Source: Candidatus Bathyarchaeota archaeon (GTDB lineage Archaea; Thermoproteota; Bathyarchaeia; Bathyarchaeales; Bathycorpusculaceae). Taken from it: DNA of 64,000 bases. The stretch lies in NCBI GenBank assembly GCA_963780185.1, contig CAWABA010000003.1, forward strand, positions 1 to 64,000, given 5' to 3'. The translations under genes and the position numbers were made by a program. Shown piece by piece: positions 9,832-19,490 of the stretch. The notes below the pieces were generated by a model. The model ran no database searches and was not told where the DNA came from. It saw nothing but the letters and a program-made list of their open reading frames with translations. The stretch's first letter is position 1. Each line of letters opens with the position of its first letter.

Positions 9832-11970
9832 ATGAAAACAAACGCACTAGGGAACATAGCAAGAACCCTAAATCTCAAGAAGCTCGCAAAGCCTGCAGTT
9901 CTATGCATCAGCGCACTCTTCATCATAAGCATGGTGTCAACATTCAGCTTCAGCGGAGTCCATGCTGCCTCAGCAATGCTGCCGGTGACGACATCGGGAA
10001 ACCAGATACTTGACTCAAACGGCAACGTAGTGTACCTACGCGGCGTCGGCATGGCCGGCATGGCCCCAGACTTGATTTTCTGGGGATCAGGCGGCGGCGA
10101 CAGCTGGGCAGACCAATGGACAGCAGCCTCATCAGCCTCCGTCACAGACACATTCGCGGAGATGCAATCCATCTGGCACATCAACATGATACGCATCTTC
10201 ATCTACCCCGAATGGTGGATGACAAACAACATAGTGCCAGCCACCGCATCAGGCCAAGGATACAGCACCACCGCAGTCAGCACACAAACCTATCTGCAAA
10301 CCTTAGCAAGCGAAGCAGAACAATACGGCATATACCTAGACATAGCACCCTACCAACTCACCGCGTACCAAGGCTCATTCAGCTCCGACACATACATCTC
10401 GTCAAACATGGCTGGATCACAAGGACTACCCATGTCAGGAAACTGGGACACCGCAGCAACCAGCTACCTCGCAAGCACAGGCCAAACAGAACAAGCCTAC
10501 TGGACAAGTTTCTGGACATCAATGGCAAACGCACTCAAAGCGTACCCAAACGTCATCTTCGAAGCCTGGAACGAACCAAGCGGAAACTCCGCCAACACCG
10601 TACCCACAGGCTACCTCAGCTACCTAACAACCATGTACAACGCAATCAGAGCAACAGGATCAACAAACCTCATCATGATGCAGTGGCAACCCGGATGGGA
10701 ACCCAACGCAGGCCTAAACCTAAGCTGGGCATCACAAATCAACACAGCCCTAGGCGGAAACCCAACCAACATCGTCTACACCACACACCTCTACTACTAC
10801 TCACCCTCCGACAACAGCCAATTCTGGGACCAAAGCGGCTCAGGCTCAAACGGAACACCAATGACTGTAGCACAACTCGAAACACAGTTGCAAAGCCTCG
10901 AAACCGGCATGGGAATCAACGCACCACTAGTGATCAATGAAGAAGGCTCATGCCTCTCATCCTCAAGCAACACACAAAACGACTACACCTGGTTCGGCAA
11001 CATACTTCAAGCCCAAAACGCCCTGGGAATCGGCGCAGGAGCCTACTACTGGCTAAGCAGCAGCGGACTAGGCGGAACCTACGACGGCGAATATCTCCTG
11101 ACAAGCGGCTACTCACCGAACCCGATGGGACAAGACTACATTAACGCCTACACGGCACCAATCATCACAACACCCACACCAACGCCCACACCCACTCCAA
11201 CGCCAACACCGACGCCCACCCCAACCCCGACACCAACGCCAATAGCCACCCCAACTCCAACACCTACGCCAACACTCACTCCAACTCCAGCCTCAAGCAC
11301 AATAACTGCTTCAGCTGGGAACGGAGGATCAATTAGCCCAAGCGGAACCGTCAGCGTAACCAACGACGACAGCCAAACCTTCACAATCGCAGCGGACAGC
11401 GGATACCAAATCTCTGACGTCACAGTCAACGGCAACTCAGTAGGCGCAGTCGCATCATACACATTCAGCGACGTCCAAAACTCAAACACAATCACCGCAA
11501 CCTTCACAGCCAATCCAACGACACCAACCAACCCGACGGCTCCAGCTACAAGCTCAATCACTGCCTCAGCGGGAAACGGCGGCTCAATAAGCCCCAGCGG
11601 AACCCTCAGCGTCACCGACGGCACCAGCCAAACCTACGCCATCACCGCAGACGACGGCTACCAAATATCCGATGTAGCGGTAAACGGAACTTCAGTAGGC
11701 GCAGTCTCATCGTATACGTTCAGCAGCATCCAAGACTCATACGTAATCACCGCGTCCTTCACACAAACTCCGCCGGCTTCAACTCCAACCCCACACCCGA
11801 ATCCACCGACCCTAACCACAACAGCGCCGACACACCATCAAACACACCACCACCGCAGCCACGGCAGCACCTACCACATCAGCTACAGAAGCATCCAGCG
11901 CCACAGAAGCACGATGAATTCGTTCGGATGGAAAAGCTTCCCCATGCTATTGGGGAGTCTCTTCCGCTAA
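9832..11970 (+). CDS. Secreted glycoside hydrolase family 5 (cellulase family) with PT linker, two InlB-B-like repeats and His-rich tail
   Basis: Signal peptide; VYLRGV, NMIRI, acid/base WNEP, HLY, nucleophile NEEG; (PT)n linker; two ITASAGNGGSISPSG...YTFS repeats. Confidence 0.85.
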   Translation: MKTNALGNIARTLNLKKLAKPAVLCISALFIISMVSTFSFSGVHAASAMLPVTTSGNQILDSNGNVVYLRGVGMAGMAPDLIFWGSGGGDSWADQWTAASSASVTDTFAEMQSIWHINMIRIFIYPEWWMTNNIVPATASGQGYSTTAVSTQTYLQTLASEAEQYGIYLDIAPYQLTAYQGSFSSDTYISSNMAGSQGLPMSGNWDTAATSYLASTGQTEQAYWTSFWTSMANALKAYPNVIFEAWNEPSGNSANTVPTGYLSYLTTMYNAIRATGSTNLIMMQWQPGWEPNAGLNLSWASQINTALGGNPTNIVYTTHLYYYSPSDNSQFWDQSGSGSNGTPMTVAQLETQLQSLETGMGINAPLVINEEGSCLSSSSNTQNDYTWFGNILQAQNALGIGAGAYYWLSSSGLGGTYDGEYLLTSGYSPNPMGQDYINAYTAPIITTPTPTPTPTPTPTPTPTPTPTPTPIATPTPTPTPTLTPTPASSTITASAGNGGSISPSGTVSVTNDDSQTFTIAADSGYQISDVTVNGNSVGAVASYTFSDVQNSNTITATFTANPTTPTNPTAPATSSITASAGNGGSISPSGTLSVTDGTSQTYAITADDGYQISDVAVNGTSVGAVSSYTFSSIQDSYVITASFTQTPPASTPTPHPNPPTLTTTAPTHHQTHHHRSHGSTYHISYRSIQRHRSTMNSFGWKSFPMLLGSLFR
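11168..11290 (+). repeat. Pro-Thr coding tandem repeat (ACN-CCN)n
   Basis: About 20 TP units with synonymous codon variation. Confidence 0.85.
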
Positions 11971-12083
11971 GACTCCAAAACCCCATTTTCCTTTTTTAGT
12001 TTTAAATCCGCAAACGCCTTCTTTCACTAGCAACTTTAGCAAAACTAATATGTCACAAAATAGAGTTATCCATTTAAGAACAG

Positions 12084-12174
12084 TTCTCGGGGAGCTGGGA
12101 GTGTACCCGGCTGAGAGGACGGCTAGTTGCTGTCGACCCTTAGAACCTGAACCAGGTAATGCTGGCGGAGGGAA
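12084..12174 (+). ncRNA. TPP (THI-box) riboswitch
   Basis: Conserved segments CGGGG, GCTGAGA, GACCC, AACCTGAACCAGGTAATGCTGGCGGAGGGA; P1 TTCTC/GGGAA; directly upstream of thiT. Confidence 0.93.
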
Positions 12175-12180
12175 AAAACA

Positions 12181-12780
12181 GTGAAAATACCTAAAATATT
12201 AAACAAACAACAATCCGAACCTGAAAATCCTAAACCAAATGAAAAAAGCAACAACAATATTTTCTCAACTAAAGTACTTGCTGAAATAATAATTTTCGTC
12301 GCTATGGCGGCGGCGCTGGCTCTGGTCAGCCATTTCTTCTTTGAGCTTCCACAAGGAGGAACCATAAACCTCGGCATGCTGCCTATCTTTTGGCTGGCTT
12401 TGCGTAGAGGACCAAAAATCGGAATATTCGCAGGCGCAGTCTTAGGCGTAGTTGACCTTGCCATAGAGCCTTTCGTAGTTAACCCTGCCCAATTCATCCT
12501 TGATTACCCGTTGGCGTTTGCATGCCTTGGGCTGGCAGGATTTTTCCGCAAAGCAACGGTTGTCGGTCCAATCGTTGGAGTTGTCGTTGGCGGCACGGGA
12601 CGTTTCATATCGCACTTCGTTTCAGGAGTCGTTTACTTTGCCAGCTACGCACCACCCGGCGTAAGCCCAGTCGTGTACTCTTTAGCCTACAATGGCAGCT
12701 ACATGATTCCAAGCATAATAATTTGCGCAGTAGTAATCGGCATACTGCAAAGAAGCAATAGACTGGACATTTACATTTGA
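12181..12780 (+). CDS. thiT: Energy-coupled thiamine transporter S component ThiT
   Basis: LPQGGTI...MLPI, QFILDYPLAF, RFISHFVSGVVYF, YSLAYNGSY motifs; preceded by a TPP riboswitch. Confidence 0.9.
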   Translation: MKIPKILNKQQSEPENPKPNEKSNNNIFSTKVLAEIIIFVAMAAALALVSHFFFELPQGGTINLGMLPIFWLALRRGPKIGIFAGAVLGVVDLAIEPFVVNPAQFILDYPLAFACLGLAGFFRKATVVGPIVGVVVGGTGRFISHFVSGVVYFASYAPPGVSPVVYSLAYNGSYMIPSIIICAVVIGILQRSNRLDIYI

Positions 12781-12789
12781 GGCTCAAAA

Positions 12790-13789
12790 ATGGGGAAACT
12801 GGCAAACAAAGAACTACAAACGCTTCTCGACTGCATAAGGAAGGATTCCCGAGTAGTCATTCCGCCCATGCTCGGCTATGATTCAGGCGTCCACGAAGTA
12901 GACGGCAAATACCTTGTCGTAGCCAGTGACCCATGCACAGACGTCCCCGAAGAATGGTTCGGCTACCTGCTCATCAACTACGCCGCCTCCGACGTCGCCC
13001 TGTCAGGCGCCAAACCCCAGTTCTGCACCATCAACCTGCTCGGACCACCCTCAACCAAAGCTGAAGTTTTCCAAAAAATAATGAAGCAAACATGCAAAGC
13101 CGCCGACGAACTCGACATCGCAATCGTGCGTGGACACACGGGCACTTATAACAGCTTGCAGGGCTTGGTTGGGGTGGCAACCGTTTATGGGACGGTTAAC
13201 TTGGAGAAGCTGATTACGCCGGCAAACGCTAAGCCAGGCGACCTGATTTTGTGCACGAAGCCGCTTGGTTTGGAAACGGTCGTCAATTTTTCCTTGCGGC
13301 AAAAGAAGCTGGCGGCGGAGTTGTTTGGGGCAGAGCAGCAGGTAAAGCTTTCTGGGCGGGTTCGCATGCAAAGCTGCGTCGGCGAAGCGTTGCTACTGGC
13401 GAAAACTGGGTTTGTCCACGCGATGCATGATGCCACTGAAGGCGGGTTTGTGGCGGCGCTAAATGAGCTTGCGCAGGCGTCAGGGGTGGGTTTTAGTGTG
13501 AATTGGGAAAAAATCCCGAAATCAACCGAGCTTATGTCATTGCAGAGTTTTTTTAACCTCAGCGATGAGCAGGTGCTCTCTATGTCTTCAACTGGAACGG
13601 TTTTGGCAGCGGTCGATGCTCAAGCCACCGAAAAAGTGACAGCTTCTCCTGAGGCAAAGCGGGTTAACGGCGCATTTCATAGGCAAATTTACAGAAAACA
13701 AAGAGCGTGTACTCAGTAGGTTGGGGAAGGGGATGCCTTTTCCCGAGGTTCCCAAAGACCCGTACAGCCAGATAGTTTCAGGGAAATAA
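12790..13789 (+). CDS. AIR synthase-related (PurM/HypE/ThiL fold) ATP-binding protein (frameshift near 13645)
   Basis: MGKL start, GYDSG, ASDP, ASDVALSGA, GHT, MHDATEGG, SSTGT; the C-terminus continues in the +1 frame to DPYSQIVSGK*. Confidence 0.82.
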
Positions 13790-13847
13790 GCTAATTTTTT
13801 AGGGTTCTATAACGAAAGAGCAAATGCTTGGCGATTTTTATCATAGA

Positions 13848-14264
13848 CTAAGTGTTATCAGTTGTTTCAAATATTATCTCAAGCTCTGTTTCACAGAAGG
13901 TTATTTTGAAATGCTTAAACACGTCTGCTCTACCAAGTAGCCGAGGGACTTCATTTGAGTCGGCGAAGGCAACTTTTGCGTCAAAGGATGTGTCGCCAAT
14001 TTTCATTTTGATTATGTGCACGTAAGCAGGAATAAGCGTTCTTCCTACCCCGATTATTGGGCGGTATTCTCCTTGAGAGAAATTGAGCCCTAAGAGCTCA
14101 GCGTCATTTCTACTGAACAAAGACAAATCTGCACCGCTGTCAACGTAGACCCGAAAAGTATGCCATTCCTCAGTTTTTGAGCAAAGAAAAACTGTGGCTT
14201 TTGGCCGGTTGATTATCCCTGATCCAAGAGGTTCAGGCGAATATTTGAAAACGTAGCTTTTCAA
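13848..14264 (-). CDS. Retropepsin-like (clan AA) aspartyl protease
   Basis: Catalytic VDSGADLS, flap GVG, LLGR motif. Confidence 0.82.
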   Translation of the reverse strand: MKSYVFKYSPEPLGSGIINRPKATVFLCSKTEEWHTFRVYVDSGADLSLFSRNDAELLGLNFSQGEYRPIIGVGRTLIPAYVHIIKMKIGDTSFDAKVAFADSNEVPRLLGRADVFKHFKITFCETELEIIFETTDNT

Positions 14265-14473
14265 AGAATCAGTACATCCGCAGATTGGATATACTCAATT
14301 ACTATTTCCTCTGTCTTAGCGTCTGGGCATTTTTTTAGCGCCTTTTTTAGTGCCTCACTTGAGGTTCTGCCCGCAGCCACTATTTTATTTTTGTATATTG
14401 CCACATCATTTCCACTGTATTTCTTGTATTCCTCTGCCGTTATCTGTGGCGCTTCAATTATTTTTTCAGGCAC
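14261..14473 (-). CDS. Small DUF5678-like protein
   Basis: KYSGNDVAIYKNKIVAAGRTSSEALKKA..IEYI pattern; 4-nt overlap with the protease gene; GTG start at 14473 chosen. Confidence 0.65.
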   Translation of the reverse strand: MPEKIIEAPQITAEEYKKYSGNDVAIYKNKIVAAGRTSSEALKKALKKCPDAKTEEIVIEYIQSADVLIL

Positions 14474-14528
14474 TTTGTACACCTGTAGGCTAGTTATTGT
14501 GACTTTTGAGGTATTAAGTTTTCCACAA

Positions 14529-15407
14529 TTATCTTTTAAGCTCCGACAGAACAAAGTTGACTATTTCTTCGGCGATGTTGACTTTGGCAACCACTTGGAG
14601 CCCTTTCCACCCAGGCTGACTGTTGACATCTACGATGCGTGGTCCGTTGGGTCCTTCAAGGATGTCTACGCCTGCAATTTTGCAGCCTACCGCCTTGGCT
14701 GATTTTATGGATAGGTCTTCAAATTCTTTGCTGATTTGGGCTGGAGCAGGTTTGGCTCCTCGGCTGTAGTTGGTTTTCCAGCCTTCTGCAACGCGCCGCA
14801 TGGAGGAGACTACGCGGTCGCCGATTACGAAAGCGCGGATGTCTGAGTGCCCGTGGGGTACGAATTCCTGCATGTAGATGACGCCGTGGTGGAAGGTGAT
14901 GGCTTTGAAGATTGTGTCGGCGATGTCTACGTCGTTTACCCGTGTGGCGCCTTGCCCGCGTGAACCAAAAATCGGTTTGACAACGATGTCGCCGCCTAAC
15001 TCGCCGAAGGCTTTGAGGGCTTCGTTGACGCTTTCAGTGGCTAAGGTGCGGGGAACGGGAACGCCGATGTCCTCTAAGAGCGCCAATATGTCGTATTTGT
15101 CGACGCAGTGCTCGATGGCGGTCGGCGGGTTCACCATGTAGAAGCCTTGGCGTTCCAGCTTGTAGAGCATATCCATTCGGAAAACTAGCTCTTCCAGTGA
15201 GCCGCGCCCGATTGGGCGAATTATTAAGCCGTCTAAGTCGTCCAGAAGGCTTGTGCCAGCTACTTTGAAGTAAGGTTTGTACGCGAGTCTTGCGACAATC
15301 CGTGGAAAAGTGAAGCATTCATACGCTATGCCTCGTTTAGTCAATGCTTCCCGAACTTGGGTGCTGCTCCATGCTTCAGGGTTCCGAGTCATTATTCCAA
15401 ATTTCAA
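14529..15407 (-). CDS. RimK family ATP-grasp alpha-L-glutamate ligase (possibly MptN/CofF-like)
   Basis: KPIFGSRGQG, YMQEFV, DIRAFVIG, WKTNYSRG, GVDIL, DVNSQPGW. Confidence 0.88.
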   Translation of the reverse strand: MKFGIMTRNPEAWSSTQVREALTKRGIAYECFTFPRIVARLAYKPYFKVAGTSLLDDLDGLIIRPIGRGSLEELVFRMDMLYKLERQGFYMVNPPTAIEHCVDKYDILALLEDIGVPVPRTLATESVNEALKAFGELGGDIVVKPIFGSRGQGATRVNDVDIADTIFKAITFHHGVIYMQEFVPHGHSDIRAFVIGDRVVSSMRRVAEGWKTNYSRGAKPAPAQISKEFEDLSIKSAKAVGCKIAGVDILEGPNGPRIVDVNSQPGWKGLQVVAKVNIAEEIVNFVLSELKR

Positions 15408-15493
15408 AGTGGATCTAACCTTGTTTAGCTTTCCTGAAGATGCTAAATGGCTTGCCCTCTTAAAGTTTCTGTGAGGGAAACGTCGAAGATAAG

Positions 15494-15994
15494 TTACTTG
15501 TTGAATTTGTTTTCGAAGAAAAGGCTTATTTTTTCCTTGTTGTTACCGATTTGGTCGCCTATGAACGCTCCTGAAGTCAAGCAGATTATTAGGCTTGTTA
15601 TGGCAAAAAAGTTGTCGCCTATCGAATCCGCTATTTGCACCCAAAAGCCAGTGGCGCTTGAAAGAAGCACGACTGCCACCCAAATGAGGAAGCCGATGAT
15701 GGATGCTCCGCCGAAAAGAAATGTTGCCCTGCTGGATTTGCTTAATGTTGACGGCTTAAATTTGAGGTAGAATGAGAAGCCTATCAGAACCAAGACGGTT
15801 GCCAGTAAAAGACCGATGGCTGCAACAGCGACTTTCATTATGTATCCGTAAGCCGCCCCGAAAACAACCATCGTAACGGTCAACGTGATCCAGTAGGTTT
15901 TGCTTGAAGTGATGCTAACGGGCTTAGGCGGCGGCTGCTTCTTATTCTTCAGCTTGGCCTTTTTAGGCTGGTTTTTCGGGTGCGCTTTAGGCAT
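15494..15994 (-). CDS. Hypothetical membrane protein
   Basis: Basic N-terminus followed by four hydrophobic helices. Confidence 0.7.
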   Translation of the reverse strand: MPKAHPKNQPKKAKLKNKKQPPPKPVSITSSKTYWITLTVTMVVFGAAYGYIMKVAVAAIGLLLATVLVLIGFSFYLKFKPSTLSKSSRATFLFGGASIIGFLIWVAVVLLSSATGFWVQIADSIGDNFFAITSLIICLTSGAFIGDQIGNNKEKISLFFENKFNK

Positions 15995-16040
15995 GACCTT
16001 AAGTCGCTCTCTGTAGCTTATTAATTTTTCAAGTTGCGGT

Positions 16041-16199
16041 ATGCTTTTTCAGGCAAACATTGTTTCAAAACGCGCCACATTTTTTCGTCGAATTGTTTCC
16101 CGCTTGGCGGAAAGAGGCATTGTAACCACGGAAAAAACAGGCAACACAAACAAAGTCACCCTCTCAGACTGGCTAAACGAAGCAAAAGTCTCCGCCTAA
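16041..16199 (+). pseudogene. Winged-HTH remnant (C-terminal part of a membrane-anchored HTH protein)
   Basis: My translation: MLFQANIVSKRATFFRRIVSRLAERGIVTTEKTGNTNKVTLSDWLNEAKVSA*, recognition helix and wing only. Confidence 0.45.
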
Positions 16200-16235
16200 A
16201 CTTTCTCTAAATTCTTTTTGTGATTTCTCATCGGC

Positions 16236-18194
16236 CTATTTTACCCGTTCAAGCCGCAACGAATTAAGCAGGAGAAGCATAGTGACTCCGTCGTCTCCAG
16301 CGATAACGGTTGCAAGTAACCCAGTTACTCCGAGCACGCCTAATGCGCCTAAAATGAGTTTTATGACCAGTGACGCCGCGATGTTTTGTTTGGCGATGCC
16401 CATGGTTTTTTCGCTTAGCTTAATTAGGTAGGGGATTTGCGCGAGTTCGTCTTTGACGAGAACGATGTCCGCGGATTCCATGGCAACGTCGACTCCTGCG
16501 GCGCCCATGGCTATGCCGACGTCTGAGGCGGCAAGTGCGGGGGCATCGTTGACGCCGTCGCCAACCATTGCCACAAGCCCGTTTTTGCCCTTCATCTCCT
16601 CGATGCATTTGAGTTTATCTTCAGGGAAAAGTTCAGCGTAAACTTCATCGATCTTCAAGGTTGCCCCTGTTTCCTTCGCGATTTCCGCTCGGTCGCCAGT
16701 CAGCATCGCCGTCGTTATCCCGTTCTTCTTCAAATCGCTCACGGCTTTTAACGCGTCTTCCCGCACTTGGTCCACTACGCAGACTGTCGCGAACCCCTGC
16801 TTTTCGATGGAGACGCAGACTGAGGTGTGGGTGTCCGCTTCGTCGATTGCCATTGCTTCTTCGCAGTTGCAGTCAAACTGCTTCATCAATTCCATGTTTC
16901 CGACGGCTACGAAGTTGCCATTGACGTTTCCGATTATGCCTTTGCCCGCGACTTCCGTGACGTCGGTAACTGTGTATTTGCTTAGGTCGATGCCGCTTTC
17001 TCTAGCTCGTCTGACAATGGCTTGGGCTACTGGATGATTTGAGAACTGGTCAAGCGCGGCTGCAAGCGCCAACGCCTCCTCTTCGGTTCTATGCGCCAGC
17101 CGAACCTGATGGACAGCGGGTCTGCCCAACGTCAGTGTGCCTGTTTTGTCGAAGACTACCCGTTTTACTTTGGCGAGTTTTTCCACGTAGATTCCGCCTT
17201 TGATAATGACTCCTCTTCGGGCGGCGATGGTGATGGCTACGAAGACTGTTGCGGGAACCGAGATGATAAACGCGCTTGGGCAAGAAACCACGATGAGGAT
17301 TAAGGAACGGTAAAGCCATGTGTGGAAGGACACACCGAAAACCAAGCTTGGCACCACAGCAGTCACCGCGGCTAAAACGATGACTATGGGAACGTAGACT
17401 TTTGCGAATCGGTCAACCAACTTCTCGATGGAGGCCTTCCTCTTGCCTGATTCAGAGACAAGAACCATTATTCTTGAAACAAGGGTTTCGCTTGCCTTTT
17501 TGGTAACCGCGATCTTCAAAACACCGCTCAGGTTCAGCGTGCCAGCGAACACGCAGTCGTCTTTTTTCTTGGTAACAGGCACCGATTCACCTGTAACGAG
17601 TGCTTGGTCAACATGTGAAAACCCGTCGGTGACGTTGCCGTCCAACGGAATACGTTCGCCGGGTCTGACCAGCAAAATCATGTTAGGTTCGACTTCGTTG
17701 ACGCCTACGGTTTTCTCTGTCCCATCGAAGATGATTCGGGCGCGGTCAGGCATGAACTTTGACAGCTTCTCAACTGTTCGCCGTGCCCTGTCCTCGATGT
17801 AGCCTTCAAGATATTCAGCGATAGAGTAAAGAAACAGCACCGTCGCCGCTTCGAAAAACGCGTGCAAGTACAAAGCGCCAAGAGCCGCCACCGCCATCAG
17901 GAACTCCACGGAGAATCTTTTTTCTACAAGAAGTTCCTTCAACCCGACGACGCCTATGTAGATTGAAGCGAAAAGGACTACGATGTAGTAGAGAATTATG
18001 CTTAGGCTGGCTTTCACGTTTATGAGTGGAACCGTGAATTTTAGGGGTACGCCTGAAAAGAAGAAGTCAAGCAAGCCGCCTATGGTGATGGTTAAGCCCA
18101 GCAAAACGGCGAAAGTAACCATTACGCGTTTGTTTTCTTGCGGTTCCTCTTTTTGCTCAGGTGCTTCAACGCAGGATTTTTCCTCGGAAGTCAT
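16236..18194 (-). CDS. Heavy-metal-translocating P1B-type ATPase (CadA/ZntA-like)
   Basis: TGES, SCPS in the metal helix, DKTGT, NHP, GDGVNDAP, K in TM7 and DG in TM8; no N-terminal HMA domain. Confidence 0.92.
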   Translation of the reverse strand: MTSEEKSCVEAPEQKEEPQENKRVMVTFAVLLGLTITIGGLLDFFFSGVPLKFTVPLINVKASLSIILYYIVVLFASIYIGVVGLKELLVEKRFSVEFLMAVAALGALYLHAFFEAATVLFLYSIAEYLEGYIEDRARRTVEKLSKFMPDRARIIFDGTEKTVGVNEVEPNMILLVRPGERIPLDGNVTDGFSHVDQALVTGESVPVTKKKDDCVFAGTLNLSGVLKIAVTKKASETLVSRIMVLVSESGKRKASIEKLVDRFAKVYVPIVIVLAAVTAVVPSLVFGVSFHTWLYRSLILIVVSCPSAFIISVPATVFVAITIAARRGVIIKGGIYVEKLAKVKRVVFDKTGTLTLGRPAVHQVRLAHRTEEEALALAAALDQFSNHPVAQAIVRRARESGIDLSKYTVTDVTEVAGKGIIGNVNGNFVAVGNMELMKQFDCNCEEAMAIDEADTHTSVCVSIEKQGFATVCVVDQVREDALKAVSDLKKNGITTAMLTGDRAEIAKETGATLKIDEVYAELFPEDKLKCIEEMKGKNGLVAMVGDGVNDAPALAASDVGIAMGAAGVDVAMESADIVLVKDELAQIPYLIKLSEKTMGIAKQNIAASLVIKLILGALGVLGVTGLLATVIAGDDGVTMLLLLNSLRLERVK

Positions 18195-18279
18195 TGTTTA
18201 CCAATAAAAGGAAAATTAAACAGCAAATATTAAGATGATTGTGAAAAAAACCGTTATTTTTAATAAAAAAAGGAAAGGT

Positions 18280-19266
18280 TTAGGGCAGAAACTGCTGGTA
18301 AACCGGGTGTCCTTTGAAGCGCAGTGTTGTCTCAGAGGTTTCGATGGTTCCGCTTGGCAGACGCATGCAAATCGAGTTGACTACAGCTCCTTCGGGAATT
18401 ATCCTGACGCCGTCCAGAAGCTCGCCTAAGGTGACGCCTGAAGCTGCGAAAACCAGTTCTTTCCCCTTTGCAAGTTCATCCTGAGTGTACGTTTTGTTGA
18501 TGTCGACGCCTGTTTTCTTTAGGCGTTTTAGGCGGTCAGCATCGTCTTTTTTGTCCTTCCAGACCTTGGCAAGCATTGTTCCGCCCAGAATCTTGACGGC
18601 TGTTGCGGCTATGGTGGCTTCGGGTCCTGCACCTGCGCCTATCAGCATGTCGACTCCTCGGTTAGGAAGGCAGCAGACCACGGCGGCTGCGATGTCGCCG
18701 TCGGGAATAAGCAGGATACGTACGCCGAGCTTTCGGAGTTGGGCGAGGATTTCGTTGTGGCGGTCCCGTTCAAGCATGATAACGGTGAAGTTTTCCAAGC
18801 GGAGTCCTTTCGCTTTGGCTACGGTGCGCACGAGTTCTTCAATGGACATTTCCATGGATATTTTGCCCAAAGCGTGGTAGTCTGTGGCGATTTTGTAGTA
18901 GTATCCGTCGTCGGGTAAAACTTGGAAGCAGCCTGCGGGTGCGCATGCCAACGCGGAAATCGCGTCTTTTCTGCCTTTGCTTGCTGCTGTGGTTCCGTCA
19001 ACTGGGTCAACGATGAATTCAACTTTAGGTCCTATGCCTGTTCCGACTTTTTCGCGGCGCTCAAACGAAGGCGCATGGTCTTTAGGGCCTTCACAGCAGA
19101 TAACTTCGCCGTCAACCTCCGTCTGAGCAAGAACGGCTCTTGAAAATTCAACCGCTTTTAAGTCAATTAAGTCGCAATCGCCTTGACCAACATGCAAAGC
19201 AGCGCCTACCGCGCCCGCGACTGTTATTCGTGTTAAAGATGGGGCTAAAGCTCTAAGAGAGACCAT
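18280..19266 (-). CDS. glpX: Class II fructose-1,6-bisphosphatase (GlpX family)
   Basis: EG.KDHAP, VDPVDGTT, LERDRH, IPDGDIA, G.GAGPEA, AASGVT.GELLDGV. Confidence 0.88.
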   Translation of the reverse strand: MVSLRALAPSLTRITVAGAVGAALHVGQGDCDLIDLKAVEFSRAVLAQTEVDGEVICCEGPKDHAPSFERREKVGTGIGPKVEFIVDPVDGTTAASKGRKDAISALACAPAGCFQVLPDDGYYYKIATDYHALGKISMEMSIEELVRTVAKAKGLRLENFTVIMLERDRHNEILAQLRKLGVRILLIPDGDIAAAVVCCLPNRGVDMLIGAGAGPEATIAATAVKILGGTMLAKVWKDKKDDADRLKRLKKTGVDINKTYTQDELAKGKELVFAASGVTLGELLDGVRIIPEGAVVNSICMRLPSGTIETSETTLRFKGHPVYQQFLP

Positions 19267-19490
19267 TTTTATCTCCTCATTTTGCTCCGTTGGCTATCTC
19301 GTTGACAAACAACCAATATATGCTTTGCTTAAAAGCACCGCTCGCCAAAGGTTCACAAATGGGGCAATCAAGGGGTTACGATGTTTTTTGGTGTTCGAAA
19401 TGGGGAGCTTTTGCGCGATTTTTCTCTTTTTGTGTAATTAAAGAGGTTTAGACGCAATCGTTAAATTGTTGGGTTCTTAGTTTTCTTGTA

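Noticed and set aside
9405-11624. Several long overlapping or antisense ORFs around the GH5 gene
   Set aside because: Shadow frames caused by strong A/C codon bias; no motifs.
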